Source of the DNA: Glaciihabitans sp.
GTDB lineage: Bacteria > Actinomycetota > Actinomycetes > Actinomycetales > Microbacteriaceae
Direction of reading: 5' to 3'
Length of the DNA: 64,000 nucleotides
Assembly (NCBI GenBank): GCA_025465535.1
Contig: JAODMY010000096.1
Location: forward strand, 1,841-65,840
A program made the translations under genes and the position numbers. The notes beneath the pieces are model-generated. The model did not search any database. It was not told the origin of the DNA and worked only from the letters and a program-made list of their open reading frames with translations. Numbering within the stretch: position 1 is the stretch's first letter; each line of letters opens with the position of its first letter. Below are positions 17,038-24,825 of this stretch, one piece after another.

Positions 17038-17919
17038 TCACAATTGGCTCTGTTCCATTTGGGCTTCCTGGGTGGCCAGGAATTCGGCGACCGAATCCGT
17101 GGAGATGCCGTTCGACATCGAGGACAGGAACGCGTCGACCGTGCCGATGGCTGGTGCCTGGGAGCTCGGCGCCGAGGTGGTCGGCGCCGAAGCGAACGGT
17201 GCTGCGGCGAACGGTGCTGCGGCCACGGGTTTGGGGGCGGCCGATTTCAGCGAGGTCGAGGCAGGAGCGGCGGTCGAGGCTGGAGCGGCCGACGTGGTTG
17301 GCACGATCCTCCTGATTGTTTCGATTCCGGAGTCCCCGACCCACAACTTCTGTTCGGACACCGTTCGCCCGGGATACGGCGCATGGATGACCGTGTCGTT
17401 TCCCGCGTAGATCGCGATGTGCCCGCCGCCCTTGAACACGATGAGATCACCCGGTTGGGCCTGGGCGAGAGACGGGACGGCGGTGCCATCGAGCTTCTGT
17501 TCGTGCACGAGGCGAGGCAGCGTCACACCCTCGTCTTTGTAGACCTTCTGCACGAGTCCGGAGCAGTCCATTCCGCTCGTGCTCTCCCCGCCGAGCACAT
17601 AGGGCACTCCGATGTACTTTTTGGCGTCCGCCACGATGTCAGCCCCCGTAACCGAACTGCCGGTGGTCCCGGTCGCGGGGCTGGTTGATGCGGACGCGGA
17701 CGTGGCCGCCGTGGCCGCTGCCGAAGTCGATTGCGCCGTTGGTGTTGACATCGGTGCTGACGCCGAAGTCACTGTCGAAACCGACGGTGTCATGGCAGCG
17801 ACGATCTGGTCGAAGCCCGCACTCGAAGCGCCGGTCGGGGTGGGCGGAACGCCTCGGGAAAGCGAGGAGAGCGTCGATTGGATCTGCTGGATCGACGCGA
17901 CCATCTGCTCCATCGTCAT
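17038..17919 (-). CDS. NlpC/P60-family peptidoglycan endopeptidase encoded within the flagellar operon (no recognisable Sec signal peptide)
   Basis: The start ATG at 17917-17919 overlaps the fliJ stop (ATGA), giving 293 aa. The NlpC/P60 core reads YIGVPYVLGGESTSGMDCSGLVQKVY...GDLIVFKGGGHIAIYAGNDTVIHAP (Cys-His-His). It is flanked by Ser/Thr/Ala/Pro-rich linkers. Confidence 0.85.
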   Translation of the reverse strand: MTMEQMVASIQQIQSTLSSLSRGVPPTPTGASSAGFDQIVAAMTPSVSTVTSASAPMSTPTAQSTSAAATAATSASASTSPATGTTGSSVTGADIVADAKKYIGVPYVLGGESTSGMDCSGLVQKVYKDEGVTLPRLVHEQKLDGTAVPSLAQAQPGDLIVFKGGGHIAIYAGNDTVIHAPYPGRTVSEQKLWVGDSGIETIRRIVPTTSAAPASTAAPASTSLKSAAPKPVAAAPFAAAPFASAPTTSAPSSQAPAIGTVDAFLSSMSNGISTDSVAEFLATQEAQMEQSQL

Positions 17920-18350
17920 CGCCGACCATCTCCCTGCGCGATCTTCCAGGCGCGCGCCGCGATCTCGTCGAGCACCGCCTGCTCGGCACGGAGCGACTCG
18001 CCGGCCTCGGAGGCAGTGTGTTTCGCCTCCAACTTTTCGAGCCCGAGCGCGTGACCGCGCGCGGCGGCATGACGCGAACGCGCGTCCTCCGTCCGCAGTG
18101 CCCACTCGGCTTCGAGCGCTTCGAGCTCGCCAAGCGCACTCGATGTCGACGCGCGTGCGGCGGCCGTCCAGCGCATCGATTCGGAGTCGACGGTCGGTGT
18201 CATGAGACTGGCCAGGGAATTCTCGGCGTATTTCTGCCGCGAAGCCACCTCGGCTGCGCGCGCACGCGCGACCGACACCTCCGCGGCAGCCTGGTCCTCC
18301 TGGAGTTTCCGCAAACGCAGGAGGCCCGCGAGCGAGAAAGGTCGAGCCAT
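17916..18350 (-). CDS. fliJ: Flagellar export chaperone FliJ
   Basis: 144-aa predicted coiled coil (FSLAGLLRLRKLQEDQAAAEV...), in the position between fliI and fliK. Confidence 0.65.
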   Translation of the reverse strand: MARPFSLAGLLRLRKLQEDQAAAEVSVARARAAEVASRQKYAENSLASLMTPTVDSESMRWTAAARASTSSALGELEALEAEWALRTEDARSRHAAARGHALGLEKLEAKHTASEAGESLRAEQAVLDEIAARAWKIAQGDGRR

Positions 18351-19669
18351 CAGACACCCCCCAGCCGCGTGACGAGCTCCGCGAGTTGAAACCAGGATTC
18401 GTCAGCGCTCGTACCCGCATCGATTCCCTGTGTGAGAAACGCCTCGATCCCCGCCTCGTTGTCGACCGCGGCATCGACGAACGGATTCGCCCCCCGCTGG
18501 TACGCGCCGACATCGAGGAGATCCTGCGCCTGGCGCCGCGCGGCCATCACGCGACGCAGAGCCACGGCCATCTGGCGCTGTTGCGCTGTCGTGATGTGCG
18601 AGGCGACGCGGGACAGCGAGGCGAGGGCATCGACGGCCGGATAATGGCCGGCGACGGCTAGCTTTCGCTCGAGCACAACGTGCCCGTCGAGAATCGATCG
18701 TGCGGCGTCGGCGATCGGCTCGTTGTGATCATCCCCATCCACGAGCACCGTGTAGATCCCGGTCACCGAGCCGCTCTCAGCGGTGCCAGCTCGTTCGAGC
18801 AGCCGCGCGAGCAATCCGAACACCGATGGCGGATAGCCACGGGTTGCCGGCGGCTCCCCGACTGAAAGTCCGATCTCGCGCTGCGCGAATGCAACCCGGG
18901 TGAGTGAGTCCATCATCAGGATGACGTGGGATCCGGCCTCGCGAAACGACTCGGCGATCCGTGTGGCGGTGAAGGCCGCACGCACGCGCATGAGGGCCGG
19001 CTGGTCCGCCGTCGAAACGACGACGATCGACCGGGCCATGCCCTCAGGTCCAAGGTCGTCCTCGAGAAATTCGCGTACCTCTCTACCGCGTTCACCGATC
19101 AGGGCGATCACCGACACCTCGGCAGCAGTTCCTCGCGCGATCATCGAGAGCAGCGACGATTTACCGACCCCCGAGCCGGCAAACAGGCCCATGCGCTGTC
19201 CCTGCCCGACTGTCGTCAGGGTGTCGAGAACGCGAACGCCGAGCGGGAGGGCGGTCTCGATGCGAGCGCGGTGAAGGGCTGAGGGAACGTCGTTGTCGAT
19301 TGCCACATGGCTCACGGCACCGAGTGGACCCCGTCCATCGATGGGCGCGCCGCTCGCGTCGAGCACTCGGCCCAGCAGGCTCGGCCCGACCGGAATCATC
19401 ATCGGCTCGCCCGTGGTGCGCACCGGCATGCCCGCGGTGACGGAATCGATCCGGTCGAGCGGCATGGCTGTGACCCCATCCCGCGCGACGGCAACGACCT
19501 CGGCGCGGGCGTTGGGACCGATGATGACGAGGTCCCCGATTGCGGCTTGGATACCGCGGATCTGAACACCGAGACCGGCAACGGAGTCGACTGATCCGAT
19601 CCGCTCGGGGTGCGCTGTCCGAAGGGCTCGGTCCAGCCGACTCGGGCGGTACCCCAGCGACGCGGTCAT
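18350..19669 (-). CDS. fliI: Flagellum-specific ATPase FliI
   Basis: 439 aa. Walker A GLFAGSGVGKSSLLSMI, Walker B VILMMDSLTRVA, with F1-beta-like sequence throughout. Confidence 0.95.
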   Translation of the reverse strand: MTASLGYRPSRLDRALRTAHPERIGSVDSVAGLGVQIRGIQAAIGDLVIIGPNARAEVVAVARDGVTAMPLDRIDSVTAGMPVRTTGEPMMIPVGPSLLGRVLDASGAPIDGRGPLGAVSHVAIDNDVPSALHRARIETALPLGVRVLDTLTTVGQGQRMGLFAGSGVGKSSLLSMIARGTAAEVSVIALIGERGREVREFLEDDLGPEGMARSIVVVSTADQPALMRVRAAFTATRIAESFREAGSHVILMMDSLTRVAFAQREIGLSVGEPPATRGYPPSVFGLLARLLERAGTAESGSVTGIYTVLVDGDDHNEPIADAARSILDGHVVLERKLAVAGHYPAVDALASLSRVASHITTAQQRQMAVALRRVMAARRQAQDLLDVGAYQRGANPFVDAAVDNEAGIEAFLTQGIDAGTSADESWFQLAELVTRLGGV

Positions 19670-20295
19670 TGTTGTCCGCCAACAAGCACGGCCCTCGCCC
19701 TGGCGAGCGCGGTAGAGATTCTCGCGTCGACGATGCCGTCGGGGACGTCGAGCACTGCGTCTCCACGATCGAGGCCTGGATCGGAAACCAGGTGCAGGCC
19801 CTGCACACCAGCACCGTCGGCGCTGATCACGGCGAGGTCCTCCGGATGCAACCGCACCCCGAGCACGTCGTCGACCGCGACGATGGACATGGCTCGAAGG
19901 ACGGCGGTTTTCGCCGAGTTCTCCCGGTCATCGAGCTCGCGGCCGATGATCGCTTCCGCGAGATCGATTGCCGCAGCCGCGAGCGCGGAGTCCGCCTCGG
20001 CCAGGACCACGCGACGGATCTCGCCAACCCGCTCCGTCGCAAGGCGCAAGGCGCCAAGCGCCGACGACACGGCTGCGCGGGATGCCGCGTCGCGCTTCTC
20101 CTGGGCGGCGAGTGCAGCGATCGCGAGGATCTCTGCCTCCGCTGCGGCACTGCGCAGGCCAGCCGCGTATCCCGCGGCATGCCCCCGAATGCGCGCGCGA
20201 TCGAGGTCCTCTGAAGGCTCGATCGGTCCGATCGAGGGAAAAGCGAGCCTGGCAAACGCGGGGTCAGGCGACATACTCCTCCTCGCCCTCGTCAT
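19666..20295 (-). CDS. fliH: Flagellar assembly protein FliH
   Basis: About 200 aa, Ala/Glu-rich and helical, with a FliH-type C-terminal domain, in the position between fliG and fliI. The start is ambiguous: ATG at 20295 or ATG at 20274. Confidence 0.7.
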   Translation of the reverse strand: MTRARRSMSPDPAFARLAFPSIGPIEPSEDLDRARIRGHAAGYAAGLRSAAAEAEILAIAALAAQEKRDAASRAAVSSALGALRLATERVGEIRRVVLAEADSALAAAAIDLAEAIIGRELDDRENSAKTAVLRAMSIVAVDDVLGVRLHPEDLAVISADGAGVQGLHLVSDPGLDRGDAVLDVPDGIVDARISTALARARAVLVGGQQ

Positions 20296-21292
20296 TGCGG
20301 TACAGGGTGATCAGGCCGTCTGCCTCGAGCTCTCGGATGCTTCGCCCGATCTCCGCGCGTGCCTCCTCGATTTGCTTCTTGCGAGTCGGTCCGAGGTGCA
20401 ACATTTCCTCTTCGAGCGACTCCCGGTTGCGCTCGGAAATGTTGTCGCGCACCACCGCCGCGAGCTCCTTGGCAGCGCCCTTGAGCGCTGTTGCAAGCAG
20501 GACGGAGTCGATGCCGCGAAGCACCTGTTGCACATCCTTCGACTGCAGCCGAACGATGTCGGCGAAGGTGATCATGCGCGCCCGCACCTCTTCGGCGAGT
20601 TTGGGGTCGCGCTCCTCCAACGCTTCAAGCAGTTCGTGTTCCGTCGTGACATCGACCCTGTTGATGATGTCGACCAGGGGTTGCACTCCCCCGACGACCT
20701 CTAAACGCTCACGTGGTGCCGCGACCGCGCGAGCACCGTGCTTGAGGCTGTCTGCGACGATCCCCACCGCTTCCGGAGTCGCGATGCGCATGCTGGCGAT
20801 TGCCTGGACCACATCGAGCCGGGTCGCACGATCGAATTTTGCGAGCACTTCTGACGCATTGTGCGGCGTCAGGTGCGCGAGCACGAGTGCCTTCGTCTCC
20901 GGCAGTTCACCGCCGAGCAGGCTCGAGACCTGGTTCGCATCGGCCGCATCGAGAAATTCGAACGACGTCCCTGCCATGGTCGAGGCAACACGACCGATGA
21001 GGCCCGCGGCTCGCTCGGCGCCGAACGACGCCTGCAAAAGCTCTTCCGCAAATTCGAGTCCACCGCGCGCGTTCATGCCGGAGCCCATCGTGCGGGCGTG
21101 GAACTCGGTGATTACGCCGTCGACGAGAGTCGGGTCCACGCGACGCAGGCGCACGATCTCGCTGACGATCTCCTCGGCCTCGGTGTCGTTGAACTCGCGC
21201 ATGATGACCGCGGCGTGCTCCTGGGTGAGCTGCATGATGACGAGCGCGGCCTTTTGTATTCCCGTGAGATGACCGGTTCCCTGGTCACTCAT
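20264..21292 (-). CDS. fliG: Flagellar motor switch protein FliG
   Basis: 342 aa. LTGIQKAALVIMQLTQEHAAVIMREFNDTEAEEI is the FliG N-terminus. The C-terminal torque helix region reads ISERNRESLEEEM. Confidence 0.9.
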   Translation of the reverse strand: MSDQGTGHLTGIQKAALVIMQLTQEHAAVIMREFNDTEAEEIVSEIVRLRRVDPTLVDGVITEFHARTMGSGMNARGGLEFAEELLQASFGAERAAGLIGRVASTMAGTSFEFLDAADANQVSSLLGGELPETKALVLAHLTPHNASEVLAKFDRATRLDVVQAIASMRIATPEAVGIVADSLKHGARAVAAPRERLEVVGGVQPLVDIINRVDVTTEHELLEALEERDPKLAEEVRARMITFADIVRLQSKDVQQVLRGIDSVLLATALKGAAKELAAVVRDNISERNRESLEEEMLHLGPTRKKQIEEARAEIGRSIRELEADGLITLYRNDEGEEEYVA

Positions 21293-22899
21293 GTCGACTG
21301 CTTTTCGTCCATGAGATTACGGAGGTATTCCGCGGTCCGCTGCGGGCTCGCGCCAGCCAGACGGTCGATGTTCGCTCGCATCCTGTCGACCTCGTGTTCC
21401 TCTGCCGGCTCGTAGAGATCGGTCGGCGTTGGTGGAACCTCGCTTGGCGGGAAGAACGAGAAACCGTTCGTCCCGATCTCGTGCTGTTCGGGAAGGATCG
21501 ACGTCGGGTTGAGCGAGCCGAGATCGATCGGGCCGTCCTCGCGCAGCCTGTTGCGCTTCGCGAGGAATCGGAGCAGAAGGATCAGCCCGAGCAGCACACC
21601 AAGGACAATCACCACGGGTACGGCGATTTTCAGGATGCTCTGCTGCAGGTCCTGGCGGCTCTGCTGCTGCAGGGCGGCAGCAGCGGCGGCAGCACCGGTC
21701 TTGCTGAAGGGGAGAATCTGCACATCGACCATGTCGCCGCGCGTCGTGTTGATCCCCGCTGCCGCATCCACCATCTGCCTGATCGACGCTGCGGACACAC
21801 CCTTCACGGCGTTCTTGTTCACCGCGACCGAAACCGTCTGGCGATTGAGCGCCCCCGCGGGAATTGTTCGGGTCTCCGTCATGCTGTCGATCGCGTTGTT
21901 CTTCGTCAGGGACTGCGAGTTGTAGCTGCCGGCAGTGCTCGTCGGCGCGGGGACCGCGATGTTATCCGGGCCGAGCACGCCCGTGGCCGAACTGCCGTTC
22001 GTCCCGCTGTAGACCTCGCTGCTGCCCTGCTCGTTGATCGCGGGAGGATTCGTTGGCGCCGTGTAGGTCTGCGATGTCTGCTTGGCCGACTGCGCGCTGA
22101 GGTCGGCAGCAACGACGACGGTCGAGTTTCCGGCCCCGAGGACACGGTCGAGCATCGCCTGGACCGCGGACTGGACGTGCGACTCGTAGGTCGAGGTCTG
22201 GGTGCTGTTCGACCCCGTCCCGCCCGAGCCTGTTCCCGAGAGCAGGGTTCCGTCGGCGGAGATAACGGAGACGTTCGCCGCCGTGAGGTTGTCGACCGAG
22301 GCGGCCGTGAGGTGGGTGATCGCCTGCACCTGGGCCGTCGTCAAGGTGACTCCGCCCTGGGTCTGAACGAACACGGACGCCGTAGTCGGCACCTGCTGCG
22401 AATCGAAAACGCTCTGCGTCGGAATCGCGAGCTTGACCGAGGCGGTCTGCACTCCGTTCATCGCTTCGATCGTCGTCGCGAGTTCACCCTGGAGCGCGCG
22501 CTGGTATGTGGTGCTCTGCTCGAATTGCGAGGCGGTAACCCCCAGCTTGTCGAGTAGGCCATAGCCCTGGTCCGCGCTCAGGCTTGGGAGCCCCGCGGAT
22601 GCTGCCTTCAGTCGCTCGGCATCCACCTGCCCCTCTGGGACGAGAATTGTGGCGCCACCGTCGGCAAGTTGGTACGGGACATTGTCCGTGTGCAGCAGCT
22701 GGGTGATCGAGTTGGCGTCCGTCGCACTCAGGCTGGTGAACAGCGGTGAGTAGCTGGGCTGCGTGAACCACGCGGTCAACGCGATCGCCCCGACCACGAT
22801 TGCCGCGAGCCCGATGATCGCGATCGTGCGCTGGCCGACCGTAAATTCACGGAGGGCGTGCAGCAGCCGCCGCAGCGTCGAGGTGACAGCAGCGGGCAT
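21289..22899 (-). CDS. fliF: Flagellar MS-ring protein FliF
   Basis: 536 aa. N-terminal TM, then SYSPLFTSLSATDANSITQLLHTDNVPYQLADGGATILVP (the YscJ/FliF motif), a second TM near the C-terminus, and an ATGA overlap with fliG. Confidence 0.9.
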   Translation of the reverse strand: MPAAVTSTLRRLLHALREFTVGQRTIAIIGLAAIVVGAIALTAWFTQPSYSPLFTSLSATDANSITQLLHTDNVPYQLADGGATILVPEGQVDAERLKAASAGLPSLSADQGYGLLDKLGVTASQFEQSTTYQRALQGELATTIEAMNGVQTASVKLAIPTQSVFDSQQVPTTASVFVQTQGGVTLTTAQVQAITHLTAASVDNLTAANVSVISADGTLLSGTGSGGTGSNSTQTSTYESHVQSAVQAMLDRVLGAGNSTVVVAADLSAQSAKQTSQTYTAPTNPPAINEQGSSEVYSGTNGSSATGVLGPDNIAVPAPTSTAGSYNSQSLTKNNAIDSMTETRTIPAGALNRQTVSVAVNKNAVKGVSAASIRQMVDAAAGINTTRGDMVDVQILPFSKTGAAAAAAALQQQSRQDLQQSILKIAVPVVIVLGVLLGLILLLRFLAKRNRLREDGPIDLGSLNPTSILPEQHEIGTNGFSFFPPSEVPPTPTDLYEPAEEHEVDRMRANIDRLAGASPQRTAEYLRNLMDEKQST

Positions 22900-23207
22900 T
22901 AGGCACTCATCGACATGATGCTGTTGAACGTGTCGACGGCCTGGTTACGGACAGCGGAGACAAGCTGCACGGTGACCTGCGCTCGCGTCGACGCGACGGT
23001 GGCCTGGCTGATGTCGGAGAGATTGCCCGTGACGGCCGCCACATTCAGCTGGTCAGCCGTGGCCTGGGTGCTTTGCACGGAGTTGATCGCGCCAACGAGC
23101 GCGGACTGGAATGAACTTCCGCCGTCGTTCGCGACGGGCGCTGTCGTCACCGGCACGGGTGGGGTGACAGGGACGCTCGGGACTGAGGATACGGGTGCGA
23201 TGGACAT
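22899..23207 (-). CDS. fliE: Flagellar hook-basal body protein FliE
   Basis: Internal ATG at 23205-23207, just after the flgC stop, gives 102 aa: MSIAPVSS...FQSALVGAINSVQSTQATADQL...AVRNQAVDTFNSIMSMSA. Confidence 0.85.
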   Translation of the reverse strand: MSIAPVSSVPSVPVTPPVPVTTAPVANDGGSSFQSALVGAINSVQSTQATADQLNVAAVTGNLSDISQATVASTRAQVTVQLVSAVRNQAVDTFNSIMSMSA

Positions 23208-23209
23208 GG

Positions 23210-23602
23210 TTATGCCTTTCCAATTCCTATTGCCGCCTCGTAAGACGTCTGAGCCTGGGTGACGACGTTCGCGTCCGCCTCGTATGCACGCTGGGCTTCG
23301 ATGAGCTGCCCCATCTGGTCGCCGAGGTCGATGTCTGGTTCGCGCACGTTGCCGCTCGCGTCGGCAAGCGGACTCGTCGGGTCGTTCACGACTATTCCCG
23401 TCGCGCTGCCGAGCGCCGTCCCCGCGACGTAAACGCCGGACGTTCCGGCTCCAGCCTGCGCGACGACGTACCGCGCCTGGAACGCGGGACCGCTCGTTGG
23501 CGTTGCCGTGTTGATGTTGGCGATGTTGTCGGAGATCGCGTTGAGCCACTGACGGTTGACATCGAGGCCGGTGCCGGCGATGCCGATTGCATCCATGCTC
23601 AT
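23210..23602 (-). CDS. flgC: Flagellar proximal rod protein FlgC
   Basis: 130 aa. GLDVNRQWLNAISDNIANINT, and the C-terminus DLGDQMGQLIEAQRAYEADANVV. Confidence 0.9.
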   Translation of the reverse strand: MSMDAIGIAGTGLDVNRQWLNAISDNIANINTATPTSGPAFQARYVVAQAGAGTSGVYVAGTALGSATGIVVNDPTSPLADASGNVREPDIDLGDQMGQLIEAQRAYEADANVVTQAQTSYEAAIGIGKA

Positions 23603-23943
23603 CAGGTGATGTTCAGTGCCGGAACGAAGGAGGTGAGCTCCTGGTTTATCGCCTGGGCCGTGAATTGGTACTGAAGCACGGTTGTGGTGTTCGTGACGTC
23701 TTCGGTGTCGAGATTGACGTTATTGCCGTCCAACTGGGTCGGCTCGAGCGAATCCTGCGTGGTCGGTGAAACTACTCCGCTGCCCGCCTGGACCGACGCG
23801 GCGAGCGCGTTTTCGAACGACACCACCTGCGACTTGTAGTTCGGGGTATTGATGTTTGCAATGTTGTTCGCTGTGGCGGTCTGGCGAGCTTGCAGTCCAC
23901 CAAGAGCGCTGCTCAGCGCATTTACTGTTACCGAATCGAGCAC
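23602..23943 (-). CDS. flgB: Flagellar proximal rod protein FlgB
   Basis: Contains LGGLQARQTATANNIANINTPNYK. I prefer the GTG at 23941-23943, preceded by AGAAGG, which places the NNIAN motif at the same distance from the N-terminus as in Bacillus FlgB. The track ATG at 24024 lies only 6 nt after the predicted -10 and would require a leaderless mRNA. Confidence 0.85.
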   Translation of the reverse strand: MLDSVTVNALSSALGGLQARQTATANNIANINTPNYKSQVVSFENALAASVQAGSGVVSPTTQDSLEPTQLDGNNVNLDTEDVTNTTTVLQYQFTAQAINQELTSFVPALNIT

Positions 23944-24030
23944 GGAGACCTTCTTCACGACAAACGGGAAAATGGGATTGGTGGCCAATCCATGGCCTGT
24001 TGCGTCGAGCGATCCTGCTCTCATTACTAG

Positions 24031-24058
24031 CTATCGGCTCCGTCTGCTGTTGCGTTAG
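24031..24058 (-). promoter_or_regulatory. Sigma-28/WhiG-type promoter candidate upstream of the flgB operon
   Basis: The minus strand reads TAGCTAACGC-aacagcagacgga-GCCGATAG, i.e. CTAA, 16 nt, GCCGATAG. This is the best match to the classical GCCGATAA -10. Confidence 0.6.
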
Positions 24059-24092
24059 CTACGCGACAGACTTTCTTGGCAGTCCGATCCGG

Positions 24093-24431
24093 TCAGCCGA
24101 CCTGGTCGAGGTAGATCGGCGCGCGTGTCTGTTCGTTACGGATCGTTTGAAGGATGCTGAGGTGCTCGCCGACCCTGCGCCGCGCCTCCCGCATCCTCGC
24201 GATCGTCACCCGGTATTCGTCCTCGATGCCGTGAGCTCGTTCGACGAGTTCGCCTGGCATCGGCCCGAGGGGCTCGAAGGGTCTGCGAAGTTCCGCGATA
24301 TCCCAAATCCCCGAATTGTGAGTCGCAAGAGACAGCGGCCGTTTCGCGCGAAGCAACTGACGATCCAGCTCGTCGAGGAGACCGCGCCATCCCTCGAAAT
24401 TCGACTCAGCCAACTGCGGACAGACCCACAT
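24093..24431 (-). CDS. Hypothetical 112-aa helical protein in the FliT position
   Basis: ORF following fliS, overlapping its 3' end by 26 nt. I recognise no motif; the assignment rests only on gene order (fliD-fliS-fliT in Bacillus) and size. Confidence 0.4.
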   Translation of the reverse strand: MWVCPQLAESNFEGWRGLLDELDRQLLRAKRPLSLATHNSGIWDIAELRRPFEPLGPMPGELVERAHGIEDEYRVTIARMREARRRVGEHLSILQTIRNEQTRAPIYLDQVG

Positions 24432-24825
24432 AGTTGACGGGCGCGACGGTGAGTTCCGCCGCGCTGTGCCACGCCTGGCGCAGCGGCTCGAGCAGCTCGA
24501 TCCCCTCGCGAGTGCGGTCGATGTCGTGGCGCGCGTTGCCCGTGCGGAGAACCTGCAGAACGTATACGTAGATGGACATCAGCGCGGGCGCTCCGTCCCA
24601 TAGTTCGGGTTTCAGCGTGCCGATGAGTTCCGAGATGATCGCCTGGGCGTGTATGAGGTGTTTGCTCGCATCGAGCCAATCGCCCTGTTCCTGACTCTTT
24701 TCCGCCCAGCGGAGGTCGAGAAGGAGTCGGTCGAACAACATCGTGAGGAGATGGGTCGGCGATGCCGAACCGACGCTGTCGCGAAAATACACCGATCGAG
24801 CGCCCGCGCTTGTCTGCATTGTCAT
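24406..24825 (-). CDS. fliS: Flagellin-specific chaperone FliS
   Basis: The last 139 aa of the 536-aa track ORF: MTMQTSAGARSVYFRDSVGSASPTHLLTMLFDRLLLDL...HLIHAQAIISEL. The ATG at 24823-24825 overlaps the fliD stop by 1 nt. Confidence 0.85.
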   Translation of the reverse strand: MTMQTSAGARSVYFRDSVGSASPTHLLTMLFDRLLLDLRWAEKSQEQGDWLDASKHLIHAQAIISELIGTLKPELWDGAPALMSIYVYVLQVLRTGNARHDIDRTREGIELLEPLRQAWHSAAELTVAPVNYVGLSAVG

